DNA of 64,000 bases, taken from positions 2,976,001-3,040,000 of the forward strand of contig CBDANF010000003.1 of assembly GCA_965197475.1 (NCBI GenBank). The letters are read 5' to 3'. The notes under the pieces were generated by a model, which did no database searches, was not told the origin of the DNA, and worked only from the letters and a program-made list of their open reading frames with translations. A program made the translations under genes and the position numbers. Within the stretch, counting starts at the first letter, position 1. Each line of letters opens with the position of its first letter. Of this stretch, positions 1-10,601 are shown piece after piece. The stretch is from Candidatus Poribacteria bacterium. Lineage in GTDB: Bacteria > Poribacteria > WGA-4E > WGA-3G.

Positions 1-1
1 T

Positions 2-826
2 TCCGATCTCCGTATCTATGTAAGGGATAACGAGGCACTGAGACCCTATTTCTAATTCAGTTATACCTCTATGTTTATCTGAATTTGCAACGGGTAAAGA
101 CAATATGTTTTCTACACCTGTCAAGTTTGCAATCGGTAAAGCAGAAGGCGCAGTTAGCAGTTGATAAGGTTCTCCACTTGCTGTAATCTTTCCATCAGAA
201 AGTAAAAAAGCCTCATCAGCGAGTGCCATCGCTTCTGATATAGCATGAGTTACGTAAAGTATAGGTATCTCATAAGCGTTCTTAATGTGATGCAGATACG
301 GAATAATTCGACTTTTCAATCCACCGTCAAGCGAAGCAAGTGGTTCATCCATGAGAAGTAGGCGGGGCTCCATAGCAAGCGCACGTGCAATTGCAACCCG
401 TTGACGCTGTCCGCCAGAGAGTTGTTTTGGATATCGTTCAAGCAGCTCCGATATTTCGAGAATGTCAAGCACTCGGGAAATGCTTTTCAGATTTTTGCGC
501 ATGTTTCGTGGCTGCCCGTAACGGATGTTCTGGGCAACGGTGAGATGCGGAAAAAGATATCCCTCTTGAAACACATAGCCGAAACGACGTTTTTCTGGCG
601 GCACATTAACTCTTGGATCAGAGGTGTAAAGTGCTTCATCTCTGAATACAATCTCACCATCGTCAGGACACAGCGTTCCGCTGATGCAGTTGAGGAGCGT
701 ACTTTTTCCACTGCCAGACGCACCTAAAAAAGCGGTAACCTTCTTTTCAAGCGTGCAATTGAGTTCTAACGTAAAACTACCGAGGCGTTTACGAAAGTTG
801 AGTGAGATTTTGGTGTTATCTGTCAT
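2..826 (-). CDS. modC: Molybdate ABC transporter ATP-binding subunit (runs off the window's left edge)
   Basis: Translated by hand from ATG at 826 (MTDNTKISLNFRKRLGSFTLEL...). Has Walker A GASGSGKS, signature LSGGQRQRVAIARAL and LLMDEP. Lies downstream of modA/modB. Confidence 0.9.
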   Translation of the reverse strand, partial: MTDNTKISLNFRKRLGSFTLELNCTLEKKVTAFLGASGSGKSTLLNCISGTLCPDDGEIVFRDEALYTSDPRVNVPPEKRRFGYVFQEGYLFPHLTVAQNIRYGQPRNMRKNLKSISRVLDILEISELLERYPKQLSGGQRQRVAIARALAMEPRLLLMDEPLASLDGGLKSRIIPYLHHIKNAYEIPILYVTHAISEAMALADEAFLLSDGKITASGEPYQLLTAPSALPIANLTGVENILSLPVANSDKHRGITELEIGSQCLVIPYIDTEIG

Positions 827-909
827 AGCGTTTTTGAACATTCCATTATGTCGTTTGCCACTCCAATACAAACCGATAAGTTTTCTGAATTAAAGTTGCT
901 TTAAACGTT

Positions 910-1233
910 TTATTCAAATCCGCCGCCATCAAAGCCATCGCCGCCATCAAAACCGCCACCGTCGAATCCGCCATCATTTCCACCATCAAATCCTCCGGAA
1001 TCTGTATCAGCAGACAAGTCACCTTGGTCGTCATTATCTAACATTTCACCTAAGACAATACCAGTTAAAAGCATATCTTCTACATCATCACCAGTATCAA
1101 GACTATCAGCATGATCATCACGCTGCCGTTTTCGCCTTTGTGATCGATCGTTTTTTGAACGCCGAGCCAAATTCCAGATGAGCAGCAGTAATATGCCACC
1201 ACCAATTAAAATTAATAGTATTTCCAGAGTCAT
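910..1233 (-). CDS. Small membrane-anchored protein with acidic Gly-rich (GGFDGG)n tail
   Basis: N-terminal hydrophobic helix, basic patch, then a DGGFDGG-type low-complexity tail; GGAG RBS upstream. Confidence 0.7.
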   Translation of the reverse strand: MTLEILLILIGGGILLLLIWNLARRSKNDRSQRRKRQRDDHADSLDTGDDVEDMLLTGIVLGEMLDNDDQGDLSADTDSGGFDGGNDGGFDGGGFDGGDGFDGGGFE

Positions 1234-1326
1234 AATTTATTCTCCGTTATGTGTATAAAAATATAGACATTTTTCGCCTTAACTACTGAAGTTTATATCG
1301 GGAAAATTCAAGGCGATGATCGAGAA

Positions 1327-1998
1327 CTAATCATACCTTAGGGTGAAACGTTCTGTTAACCAAATCGCAACAAATGCAAGCACAGTTGAAATAAACACCA
1401 ACCGATAGACCGTTGCGTCTGCTCCTTGTTGTACAGCACTAAAGATTGACAAAGCCATCGTCTGCGTTTTACCGGGGATATTTCCGGCTACCATGATGGT
1501 AGCCCCAAACTCACCGAGGCTTTTCGAAAAACCGAGAATTGTTCCCCCAATAATTCCACGATATGCGAGCGGAAATGTAATCGTCCAGAAGACCTTAAAT
1601 GGTGATGCACCAAGTGTTCGGGCAGCATTTTCAAGTTCAGATGGCACAGATGCCATTCCAGTTATGATACCCCGTACCAATAAAGGAAACGAGATAATCG
1701 AAACGGCAATTACAACAGCGAAAGGTGAAAAAACGAGCTCTAAATTGAAGACGTTAAATAAAAATCCTCCAATGAGTCCGTTTTTACTAAAGAGAATAAG
1801 GAGCAAATACCCACTCACCACAGGCGGTAGCACCAATGGTAACATGACGAACGTATTGAGGATACTTTTACCAGGAAATTTCCGTTTTGCAAGTAGCCAA
1901 CCCACCAACAGTCCTGGCGGAAACATTACGATCAGACTCAACAACGCAACTTTTATAGATAGAATAAGGGCGGTGATTTCGGCGGGTGTTATCCTCAT
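1327..1998 (-). CDS. modB: Molybdate ABC transporter permease
   Basis: LPLVLPPVVSGY, EAA-like loop ELENAARTLGAS, and SLGEFGATIMVAGNIPGKTQT. Confidence 0.95.
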   Translation of the reverse strand: MRITPAEITALILSIKVALLSLIVMFPPGLLVGWLLAKRKFPGKSILNTFVMLPLVLPPVVSGYLLLILFSKNGLIGGFLFNVFNLELVFSPFAVVIAVSIISFPLLVRGIITGMASVPSELENAARTLGASPFKVFWTITFPLAYRGIIGGTILGFSKSLGEFGATIMVAGNIPGKTQTMALSIFSAVQQGADATVYRLVFISTVLAFVAIWLTERFTLRYD

Positions 1999-2813
1999 TG
2001 TAATGTGTCAGGCGCACTCTGTTGTGCCGAAGTAGATGATAGGCAGGTAAATCCGTGCTTTTCAAATATCTCGGTAGCACGGTGTTTTTTCAGATACGCG
2101 ATAAACTGTTGTGCTAAATGTTTCTGATCGCTGTCCTTTAGAACAACAGCAGGATAGACTATAGATGTATGCACATCAGCCGGAAATCGGTAAAGAACTT
2201 TGACCTCATTACTAACTGTGGTATCAGTTTCATATACAACCGCCAGGTCTACATTTCCTGTGGAAACATAGGCGAGCGTCGCACGTACGTCAGTTCCAAA
2301 GATTAACTTTGGTTGTAACTTATTCCACAAGTCAAAATGAATTAAAGCCTCTTTCACATACGTGCCAGCAGGTACAATTTCCGGCTGTCCAATTGCAATT
2401 CTCGAAACAGCAGCATCGCAAAGCTTATCAACAGTTTCCACGGATAAAGCTGAGTTTTTATGAGAAACAAGGACTAACCGATTCGCTAAAATATCGGATC
2501 TACTTCTATCTTCAAGTAAGCCGAGGGTTTCAAGGGCATCAACCTGTATTGGACTCGCAGAAATGAAGATATCTGCTGATGCACCTTTTTCAATTTGACG
2601 TTGTAGGATTAAAGAAGCAGCGAAATTGTAATAGACCCTAACATTGTTTTTTGCCGAAAACTGCTCCCCGATTTCAGTGAGAGCATTTGTTAAACTCATC
2701 GCAGCAAATACGTCTAATTCGCTACGTTTCTGTTTATCTGTTGCGCATCCCAAAAACCCAACGCCAATAAGTAGAATAACGAGTAGATTACAGACTATCC
2801 CAATCCAACGCAT
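1995..2813 (-). CDS. modA: Molybdate ABC transporter substrate-binding lipoprotein
   Basis: VFAAMSL, ADIFISA and VPAGTY motifs; lipobox-like GFLGC. Start taken at MRWIG (2813). Confidence 0.9.
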   Translation of the reverse strand: MRWIGIVCNLLVILLIGVGFLGCATDKQKRSELDVFAAMSLTNALTEIGEQFSAKNNVRVYYNFAASLILQRQIEKGASADIFISASPIQVDALETLGLLEDRSRSDILANRLVLVSHKNSALSVETVDKLCDAAVSRIAIGQPEIVPAGTYVKEALIHFDLWNKLQPKLIFGTDVRATLAYVSTGNVDLAVVYETDTTVSNEVKVLYRFPADVHTSIVYPAVVLKDSDQKHLAQQFIAYLKKHRATEIFEKHGFTCLSSTSAQQSAPDTLQ

Positions 2814-2982
2814 GAATTTCCAACTCAAAGCAGATTTCATTCCAAAGAGTATAGCAGATATAGTAGGGTGTGTAAAGTTTTTGTACAAATATGAATTGAA
2901 GAGATGTTACGAGGTATGCCGAAAAATAGTATCCTTTCCTAAAACTACCATTTATTAGAGAGGATACCAATGTTTAATATAT

Positions 2983-3990
2983 TATGAACTCATAGCGAGT
3001 AAGAGCTAAGCATCGTTGAAAGTTCTCCGAAAGTTTATCATTGAATATGCTAAATTACGAAAACCTAAACGGGTTTCTTTGAGTTTATCATAACTAAGGG
3101 CGAGTTTCCGATAAGTCCCTTGCCAACCCAAGGTTCGCTCCACTTTATATCGGTCTTTGTCCATTTCTTTGTTAAACCACCGGAACGGACGGGCAATTAC
3201 AATAGGTTCTTTGGCATTCCGCCGGTTCGGATAGATCACCGGGAGCAGCCCGTGTTGTTTGATAATCTTATGATTCTTTTTGGAATCAAAACCGGAGTCC
3301 AGTGTTAGAGCAGAAGCATTGAGGTCCATTCCAATACGATTAGCAAAGGCGATAAGATCGGTGAGTGTTTCGGGCAAAATCTTTGTATGATGTTGGTTGA
3401 CAGGTTTGATGGTTATCGGGCTGATGATGAACCCCTGATTGTCAGTGATGGTCAACTCTTTTTCACCTTTTTGATGTTTGTGGCCTGAATAACCGATGTT
3501 GTCACTCCTTTTTTCACGACGGTATTTGACCCATCTCCATGAGTTGAGAGGTGTCAAGTTAGTCGGTGTCAAACAGGTGTATCACTGATGCCTCAAAAAG
3601 TTTCTGATACGAGCCATCTTTTGACCACTGATTATGCCATTTATAGATATTAGACCAATGGAGTTCAGGATGCCGGGTTCGGAGTTGATCCCATTGAATA
3701 CCCGTATGTAAAACATAGAGGATATAGTTGAATATCTTGTCCAAGGAGAGTTTCGGTTTCGGGCTTTTGACTCGTTTCGCTAAATGTGGTAAGATATAAC
3801 GATTGAAATCTTTACGGGAAACCTGTTTGGGAATACAGTTGTATTTTGGTGATTTTTGAGCCTCGTTTGCCATAATAACACCTTTCATAAAGTAAAGCGG
3901 TATCTGAAGTGGAAAGAATGGGACATAAATTATACCCTTTTCTTTCCCTATTTTACCACATCCTTATGTTTTACTCAATATGACTTCATA
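2983..3990 (-). mobile_element. Degenerate IS5-family insertion sequence (about 1 kb)
   Basis: Imperfect 20-bp inverted repeats: tatgaactcatagcgagtaa (2983-3002) and ttactcaatatgacttcata (3971-3990), 17/20 match. The outer TA may be the target duplication. Encloses a broken DDE transposase. Confidence 0.75.
3006..3873 (-). pseudogene. IS5-family transposase, disrupted
   Basis: N-part has ILYVLHTGIQW and WHNQWSKDG; C-part has LTLDSGFDS and RYKVERTLGW. Interrupted by in-frame TAA at 3559-3561, a 1-nt shift before HGDGSNT, and an AAAAAAGG slippery site near 3508-3515. Confidence 0.8.
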
Positions 3991-4081
3991 CGAAAATATT
4001 GGTTTGATGTCAAGAAAAATGGAAGTTAGATATCTGGGTAAACTACAAACCTTGCCCTAATATGTTCATTCCCTAAAGGTT

Positions 4082-4660
4082 TTACTCAGTGAATGTGACG
4101 CGCTCGTATATTTCCTGCAAAGGCAATTCGCACTGAATTGCGGTAAGCGGAAGTTGCTGCTCAAGTTCTTGAAAAAAGGTATAAGTCCATTCATCCTGTT
4201 TGCGGAGGTAGCGTTCACCCTGTCCTGGGAAACAAGGATGTATTCTTTCAAGGATTGGAGCTGTAGATAATGTGATAATTTTTCACCTCTGTCATACGTT
4301 TCGGTTGTGGGAGAGAGCACCTCTACGATGACAATTGGGTTGAGAAGCGTGTCAAACTCATCATCTTCAAAGCGGGGTTCCTCACAGACAACAATATCAG
4401 GATAAAAGTAGCACTTTGCCGAGGGAATACTGACACGCATTTCGTTCATTAGGACTTCACACTTGCTACTTTTCAGTTTGCCGTGGAGTTCAGCAGCAAT
4501 ATTACCTGTAATAAGATTGTGTGCACGGTTAGAGCCGCCCATTCCAATTACTTTACCATTGAGATATTCACTTCTGACTGTGTTAGCGTCAGGGATTGCT
4601 TTACGTTCTAAAGTGATATTCTTCTGGTGTGAGGTATGTTTGTGCTGCCCTTGTTGCCAT
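4082..4660 (-). pseudogene. Uma2 (DUF820) family putative endonuclease, two frameshifts
   Basis: MATRAAQTYLTPEEY from ATG 4660 shifts into TLERKA...YPDIVV...VEVLSPTTETYDRGEK, then shifts again into ERYLRKQDEW...LQEIYERVTFTE* (stop 4082-4084). Confidence 0.75.
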
Positions 4661-4690
4661 GATTTCCTCCGCATATTTACTGATAATTCT

Positions 4691-4718
4691 ATTATAGCGG
4701 AACTACGCGGGATGTCAA
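4691..4718 (-). promoter_or_regulatory. Sigma70-type promoter for the Uma2 gene
   Basis: TTGACA-N16-TATAAT on the minus strand. Confidence 0.6.
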
Positions 4719-4736
4719 GATTTTATGTGGAGTTCG

Positions 4737-5863
4737 CTAATCTCTAAAGAGATTCAGGTATTTCTCAAGGACAAAGAGACGATTTCGGGAATGTCCTGTG
4801 ATTTCCTTTAGTATGTCAAGTTCTGTCAAGGATTTTAGTAGGCGATTAGCACTTGAGAAATCCATATCTAATCTATTTCCAACCGATCTCACGTTAGCAA
4901 TTGGTTTAGCGTACATAAGGTGAAGTAGTTTGTGTGCATTTTTTGCCCGAGAACCTAAAGTTAGTATTTTTGCTTCATATTCTTCCCTGAGTGCAATAAT
5001 CGCCTTGAATGTTTCAAGTCCATGCTGAGCAGTTTCAGCGATTCCATTTAGGAAAAATATAATCCATTGCTCTAAATCATTTGATGAGCGAACCGTAGTG
5101 AGCGATTCATAGTATGAATCTCTATTTTTCTCAAAAAAGGTGGACATGTAGAGTACCGGTTTCCTCAGTATATTTGCACTAATGAGTTGCAAGATAATTA
5201 ACAACCTTCCGCATCTGCCGTTTCCATCAAGGAAAGGGTGAATGGTTTCAAACTGATAATGTGTTATAGCGATTTTAATCAGTTCTGGTATATGTAAGGA
5301 TTTATTGTGCATAAATTTTTCTAGATCACTTAAGAGATCCGGTAGTTTTGCAGCAGAAGGTGGTACAAAAATTGCGTCAGCGAGCGATGAACCACCAATC
5401 CGATTCTGACCTTTACGAATTTCCCCGGGCCCCCTATTTTTTCCACGAACACCAGAGAGTAGTATTTTATGAGTTTCCTTGAGAAGTCGCATTGAAAGTG
5501 GGATTTTTGGAAGTTCAGCTATCGCAAAATTCATGGCTCCAACATAGTTTTGGACTTCTTCCCAATCATCCCGTCTTTCCGGATCAATTTCTTCTTGAGG
5601 TAAAACAACTTCATCAAGTTCAGTTTTGGTGCCTTCAATTCTAGTAGAGTCTCTTGCTTCTTTTAGAACATTCATTTTGATGAAAAAATCGACATCCGGT
5701 ACAAAATCTGCATAGGCGTTGAGTTCCCTAAAAGTCTCCCCGCATGTTCTAAAAGAACATCTATCTGAGGGTTTTCCCAAGCAATATAACGGTTTACTGA
5801 GAAAGGTGTAAAACTTTTATATCCTCCTTGCTGCTTATATGTGCCCGCTATAAAGTTTTTCAT
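4737..5863 (-). pseudogene. Fic family protein with one frameshift (possibly a sequencing error)
   Basis: Canonical [12 protein letters not shown] motif. The N-terminus MKNFIAGTY...AGRLLG joins ELNAYADF if one G is added to the run at 5726-5728. Confidence 0.8.
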
Positions 5864-5984
5864 ACTATGTTTTATCCTATTTTTGACAATACAGAATTCC
5901 ATATTATCATTTTTTTGTATTTTTGACAATATAAAATTCTAAATTGTCAATCAGTGCAAATATACCGATTTTGAAAGCACGTTT

Positions 5985-6974
5985 TTACGACGAAGAGAGA
6001 TTTATGGTGTTGCGGACTTCGGTGATAATAGCATCCGGTTTAATACTCTCACCTTGTCCCTCAAAGTTGAGAAGAATGCGGTGACGGAGGGCAGGAAGAA
6101 GGACAGCGTCGATATCCGCGTAAGCAACGTTATAACGTTCATCAAGAAGTGCCTTGATTTTTGCGGTGAGGGTTATCGCTTGGATGCTACGGATACCCGC
6201 ACCAAGATGCACATAACGTTTGACAATCTCAGGTGCATCCGGCGAATCTGGATGCGTAGCACGAACAAGTCGGATGATGTGTCGTTCCACATGTTCTGCG
6301 ATGATAACCTGCGGGACAAGCTGCCGCATCTGGTTAAGTGTTTCGGCATCCGTGACTTTGTCAATTGTGATATTTGCGCCAGATGTAGTGCGCCGCAAAA
6401 TCTGGACTATCTCATCCTCATCAGGGAATTCTATGAGAAGTTTGAATAAAAACCTATCAAGTTGTGCCTCTGGAAGCGGGTATGTACCCTCCATCTCAAG
6501 CGGGTTTTGCGTGGCGAGAACACAAAAAGGCTCTTCTAATTTATGACTTGTCCGCCCAACCGTAACAGTGTGGTCCTGCATTGCTTCAAGAAGTGCTGAT
6601 TGGGTGCGCGGTGTCGCCCGATTAATCTCATCAGCGAGGATAAGTTGTGCGAAAATCGGACCTTGCTGAAATTCAAACTGCTTTCTGCCCTGTTCATCTT
6701 CAATGAGAAAGGTTGTACCGGTGATATCAGACGGCATCATATCCGGTGTGAAATGGATCGGTTTGAAAGTAAGGTTAAGTGCTTCGCTGAGTGTCCGGAT
6801 AAGTTGAGTTTTGCCTAAACCGGGTATACCTTCAAGCAGCGCGTGTCCATTCGCAAGTAGACAAAGAAGAACGCCTTCAACGATCGCATCTTGGCCGACA
6901 ATACGTTTTTGGATTTCAGTCTTGACGCGATAGAATGTCTCACGAAATTCTTGGATTTGGGTTTCTATATTCAT
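5985..6974 (-). CDS. moxR: MoxR family AAA+ ATPase
   Basis: LEGIPGLGKT, FTPDMMPSDITG, ILADEINRATPRTQSALLEAM and TYPLPEAQLDRF. Start taken at MNIETQ. Confidence 0.92.
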   Translation of the reverse strand: MNIETQIQEFRETFYRVKTEIQKRIVGQDAIVEGVLLCLLANGHALLEGIPGLGKTQLIRTLSEALNLTFKPIHFTPDMMPSDITGTTFLIEDEQGRKQFEFQQGPIFAQLILADEINRATPRTQSALLEAMQDHTVTVGRTSHKLEEPFCVLATQNPLEMEGTYPLPEAQLDRFLFKLLIEFPDEDEIVQILRRTTSGANITIDKVTDAETLNQMRQLVPQVIIAEHVERHIIRLVRATHPDSPDAPEIVKRYVHLGAGIRSIQAITLTAKIKALLDERYNVAYADIDAVLLPALRHRILLNFEGQGESIKPDAIITEVRNTINLSSS

Positions 6975-7026
6975 ATTTTTGGGTTCATATTTTGGCACGC
7001 CTACTGTTAATGTCTGCTCACAAAAT

Positions 7027-8076
7027 TTACCAGTTATCTCTTGTGACATAGAGAGAACGATTTTCCATTGGAAGCGAGACACGATTGCCACCCAACCGAT
7101 GCGATTCAATCATGCCCATCAACGTCTCTTGACTACGCCGTGCAAGATGAACAGGTCCTTTTGTTACACGGTCTTCGTCAAGTGCTTCGGCGATGTCCGT
7201 TATGCCCATAACAGTACCAGTAGCACGGGAAACTTCTGGAAATGGTACGGCCTCATAAAAAGCACCATCTTTTTTACGAAATTGAACTTCTCTGCTGTTA
7301 TTTTGGACTCGGATTTTGCCACCTGTGCCGCACACCTCAAATTCGGGTCCTGTACCAGCAGTATTATACCCGTGCACCCCGTTGGAAAAACGGATATACC
7401 CACAAGTAATTGCTGGATCAGCGTTCAAGCGATTTCCATCCCAATCTGAGTCCTTGCACGAAACTGTACCTTGAACAAAGTTAACCTCTGGATCACCTGC
7501 AAGAAAAAGGAGCATGTCGGCGGCGTGCGTTAATCCCCAAAGCGCGGAGCTTGCACCGCATTGTGCAATGGTACACTGAATGTCGCCGATTTCGCCCGCA
7601 TCAACGAGTTCGCGCACTTTGCGATAAATAGGCATGAAGCGGCGTTGCGTACCGTAGTTGAATTTGACACCGTGCTTTTCAACAATATCCACCATGATGT
7701 CTGCTTCTTCCATAGAACAGCAAAGCGGTTTTTCACAGTAGATACCCTTGACACTGTTTTCTGCTGCGAAAACAGTAATATCTGCGTGTGGTCCTGGGCG
7801 CGTGGCGATACAGACGATGTCAGGTTTCTCTTTTTCAATCATCTGTTGGTAGTCTGTATAGGCGCGCTCGGCTCCGTAACGTTGTCGGATAGCTTCGGCT
7901 TTTTCAGCGAAGACATCGGAGACAGCGACGAGGTCTGTTCTGTCACAAGCAACAGCGGCTGCAGCGTGAGAGAAGGGTTGCCAGATGAAACTATCGGGAC
8001 GGTCTGCGACTTCATCGTCAATAGTTGCGCCCATCCGTCCGCATCCGATGAGACAAGTTTTATATGTGTGTGGCAT
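7027..8076 (-). CDS. Gfo/Idh/MocA family oxidoreductase
   Basis: Rossmann motif IGCGRMG, YCEKP motif and C-terminal dimerisation domain. Confidence 0.9.
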   Translation of the reverse strand: MPHTYKTCLIGCGRMGATIDDEVADRPDSFIWQPFSHAAAAVACDRTDLVAVSDVFAEKAEAIRQRYGAERAYTDYQQMIEKEKPDIVCIATRPGPHADITVFAAENSVKGIYCEKPLCCSMEEADIMVDIVEKHGVKFNYGTQRRFMPIYRKVRELVDAGEIGDIQCTIAQCGASSALWGLTHAADMLLFLAGDPEVNFVQGTVSCKDSDWDGNRLNADPAITCGYIRFSNGVHGYNTAGTGPEFEVCGTGGKIRVQNNSREVQFRKKDGAFYEAVPFPEVSRATGTVMGITDIAEALDEDRVTKGPVHLARRSQETLMGMIESHRLGGNRVSLPMENRSLYVTRDNW

Positions 8077-8424
8077 ATTTTTCTCCTACAACATAAATCC
8101 CAGTGATCAACATAAAAGCGTTATAATAAAATCAATACCTTCGCCAAAAAATACTTGAATAAATAGGGCTGTTGTCCAAAAGTTATAACAACTAAACATA
8201 ACTTAGAAAGGACAATCCCCATACCCTAAAATTATAGCACTGTTTACTGTTTTTATTCCACATTTATCCGCAACGACGACCTGTCAATTATGCCGAGTTG
8301 CATTCGCACTGCTTGCGATGACAGGGCGGGTAACAATGTTAAATATATCTCGCTGGACTTCACAAGGAGGTAGCTACCGCACCGGACAACGCTTTTTCAA
8401 CACTGTTATTCCCTGGGCAGCGAT

Positions 8425-8877
8425 TTGCTGGATGTTTTTTCGCACGCAGAGGTTTTTGGTGAGCAGAAATATGTGGTATACTGCGGTCCGATCGGATCCG
8501 GACAGATCGTTAAGGGAGTAAATCAATTAGCAATGGGACTCGGTGCTGCTGCTTACATGGAAGCCATGGCGTTTGGCGTATATGCTGATGTGGATCCGAT
8601 AGCAATTCGTAACGCTGTTGGCATGGGTGATGGTTGGCGTGGAGAGTTTGACAGAATCGCAAAACGTATTATAGATGACTCAGGAAAAAAGCTCGTTGTT
8701 AAATATCCTGAATTACTCTATTTTCTTGCTGAAGCAGAAGCATCGGGATTTGAGATTCCACTTACAGAAGCACTTTATGAATTTTGTAAAAAGGGAAGTT
8801 ATACGATGTATGACAACATGAACCGACCATCGCGTTCTTTTTGGCATGAATTGACCAAAGACTCTAATCAGGAATAG
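8425..8877 (+). pseudogene. C-terminal fragment of a 3-hydroxyisobutyrate/6-phosphogluconate dehydrogenase-like protein
   Basis: YCGPIGSGQIVKGVNQL...EAMAFG matches the C-terminal helical domain; no N-terminal Rossmann domain is visible upstream. Confidence 0.6.
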
Positions 8878-8918
8878 CATTTCCACATTTAATTCAAATA
8901 TTCAATCTCTAATTTCTG

Positions 8919-10007
8919 CTACGGTGTTACTGATTTCGCACAACGGAAACCAGTAAGATGGCTTGTGCGTGCTGGATCATTTCCACGTCGGTAAGTTATC
9001 CATACACGTGGTTGACCACTCTCGACCCATGAACCACCCCGTAATGCACGAGAAGATTTAATGTTCTTAAAATTATCTATAACCTCCTTAATACTATCGT
9101 CACCAGCAATCGGATTACTGTCCGGTGGATCTTCATAAAAATCTTTATCATACGCATCAAGACACCATTCCAATACGTTTCCAACCATATCATATAGACC
9201 ATACCCGTTAGTGGGATAATCCCCAACAGGCGTTGTACTACCGGTAACGCCAACATTCAAGGTGTAGTTCGCCTTGTTATCGTCAATTGAATTTCCCCAC
9301 GGATATTTTTGACCTTCTACACCACCACGTGCAGCTTTTTCCCATTCTGCCTCAGTCGGTAAACGCTTTTCTACCCATTCAGCATACGCAGCAGCTGCAT
9401 ACCAACTCACATAAATAACAGGATGGTCAGCTTTTTCGCTTGGATAAGTATTTCCAGACCAATTGACGAGATAATTTCCATCATGAAATTTGCTGTCAAT
9501 ATGCTCTTTTTGCCACTCAGGGTTGGCATCAACGAATTTTTTATATTGTATATTCGTTACCTCATATTTGTCGATATAGAACGCGTCAAGGTAGACCGGA
9601 TGTCCAGCTTGTTCAACATTTCCTGCTTGTCCGCTGATACTGCCTAACTGAAATTTTCCTTCAGGAATTAGTACCATGCCTTCAGGGGTTACGACATGGT
9701 CTTCTACAGTGAAAGTGAGTCTACGGCTCCCACCTTCCCAAGTGACTTCTACATCAAGCTTCCCTAATGTGAAGGGACCCGTAATAGTTACAATCTTATC
9801 AGATGTAGTTGATTTTCCTGGCGAAACAGTAAGATTTTGTGGAGTGCGATTAAAACTTACAGTAATAGTTGCGTCAGTGGATATAGTACTTCCATCGGAC
9901 GGATCCACAGATTGGATTTCTACCGAGTCATCTTCTCCACAGCCAATTATAGAGAAGGTAAAAATATATGCAAGAATTATTGCTAAAAAATATGATTTCT
10001 TTTTCAA
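8919..10007 (-). CDS. Lipoprotein with Ig-like region and FGE-sulfatase (SUMF1/EgtB/PvdO) domain
   Basis: Lipobox IIGC, RLPTEAEWEKAARGG, NGYGLYDMVGNVLEWC, RGGSW and GFRCA. Confidence 0.9.
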   Translation of the reverse strand: MKKKSYFLAIILAYIFTFSIIGCGEDDSVEIQSVDPSDGSTISTDATITVSFNRTPQNLTVSPGKSTTSDKIVTITGPFTLGKLDVEVTWEGGSRRLTFTVEDHVVTPEGMVLIPEGKFQLGSISGQAGNVEQAGHPVYLDAFYIDKYEVTNIQYKKFVDANPEWQKEHIDSKFHDGNYLVNWSGNTYPSEKADHPVIYVSWYAAAAYAEWVEKRLPTEAEWEKAARGGVEGQKYPWGNSIDDNKANYTLNVGVTGSTTPVGDYPTNGYGLYDMVGNVLEWCLDAYDKDFYEDPPDSNPIAGDDSIKEVIDNFKNIKSSRALRGGSWVESGQPRVWITYRRGNDPARTSHLTGFRCAKSVTP

Positions 10008-10175
10008 AATATTCTCCTTTCAAATATCAAAAGTAGAGCAATCGGACTTACAAAGCCCTCCTATAAGAAAAGGCGAATGTAGATAGCATTAGTCTGTATT
10101 AAACGCAATGAGTAGTTTTGGACTTGCAACAAGCCCCTGAATTTTTAATTTTTAACACCCTTTGCACCTTTTTCC

Positions 10176-10205
10176 TTGACAAACCCCTCTCAAATAACGT
10201 ATCCT
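10176..10205 (+). promoter_or_regulatory. Sigma70-like promoter
   Basis: TTGACA (10176-10181), N18, TATCCT (10200-10205), directly upstream of the structured element. Confidence 0.5.
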
Positions 10206-10212
10206 ATTAAAA

Positions 10213-10292
10213 TCATTCGTTGTCAGGGCTGTTAGTGCAACATACCTTATGTTGCACCCTGACACCACTTCTAACAGAGTGTAAACGAATGA
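10213..10292 (+). ncRNA. Candidate structured RNA (multi-stem, possible pseudoknot), family unknown
   Basis: Perfect complementary pairs: tcattcgtt/aacgaatga, gtcaggg/ccctgac, tgcaacata/tatgttgca and cact/agtg. Bulge ctgttag is also complementary to loop ctaacag. Confidence 0.5.
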
Positions 10293-10399
10293 CCGGATGA
10301 TACCCCGTTTAACGTATCAATTTTATATGCTTGAGCAGTGCATAACGCATTGCATGATACGCTATGCACCATTTTATCTCAAGCAAAGTGAGGTGCATT

Positions 10400-10531
10400 A
10401 TGGCTTTTAAAAAGCCTGTCATGCGGTATCGCAGTGCCATTACTGGTAGATACGTACGACCATGGGTAGCAAAACGCTATCCCAAAACGACGGTTAAAGA
10501 AACCGACAAACCTCGCAAGCGGTGTAAATAA
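10400..10531 (+). CDS. Small basic protein, 43 aa (MAFKKPVMRYRSAITGRYVRPWVAKRYPKTTVKETDKPRKRCK)
   Basis: Below the ORF-track cutoff. GAGGTG RBS just upstream of ATG 10400; followed by hairpins. Confidence 0.65.
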   Translation: MAFKKPVMRYRSAITGRYVRPWVAKRYPKTTVKETDKPRKRCK

Positions 10532-10544
10532 TCCGCTTGCATAC

Positions 10545-10571
10545 ATGTTAGGGGTCTTTGATCCCTAACAT
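10545..10571 (+). terminator. Hairpin after the small ORF
   Basis: atgttaggg / ccctaacat inverted repeat with no long U tract. Confidence 0.35.
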
Positions 10572-10601
10572 ACACATATTACCTCACTAAGGGAGCTTAA
10601 A

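Noticed and set aside
10039-10057. Short motif aatcggRcttacaaagcc also near 34258
   Set aside because: Only two copies of about 18 nt; probably eroded repeat ends, with no supportable function.
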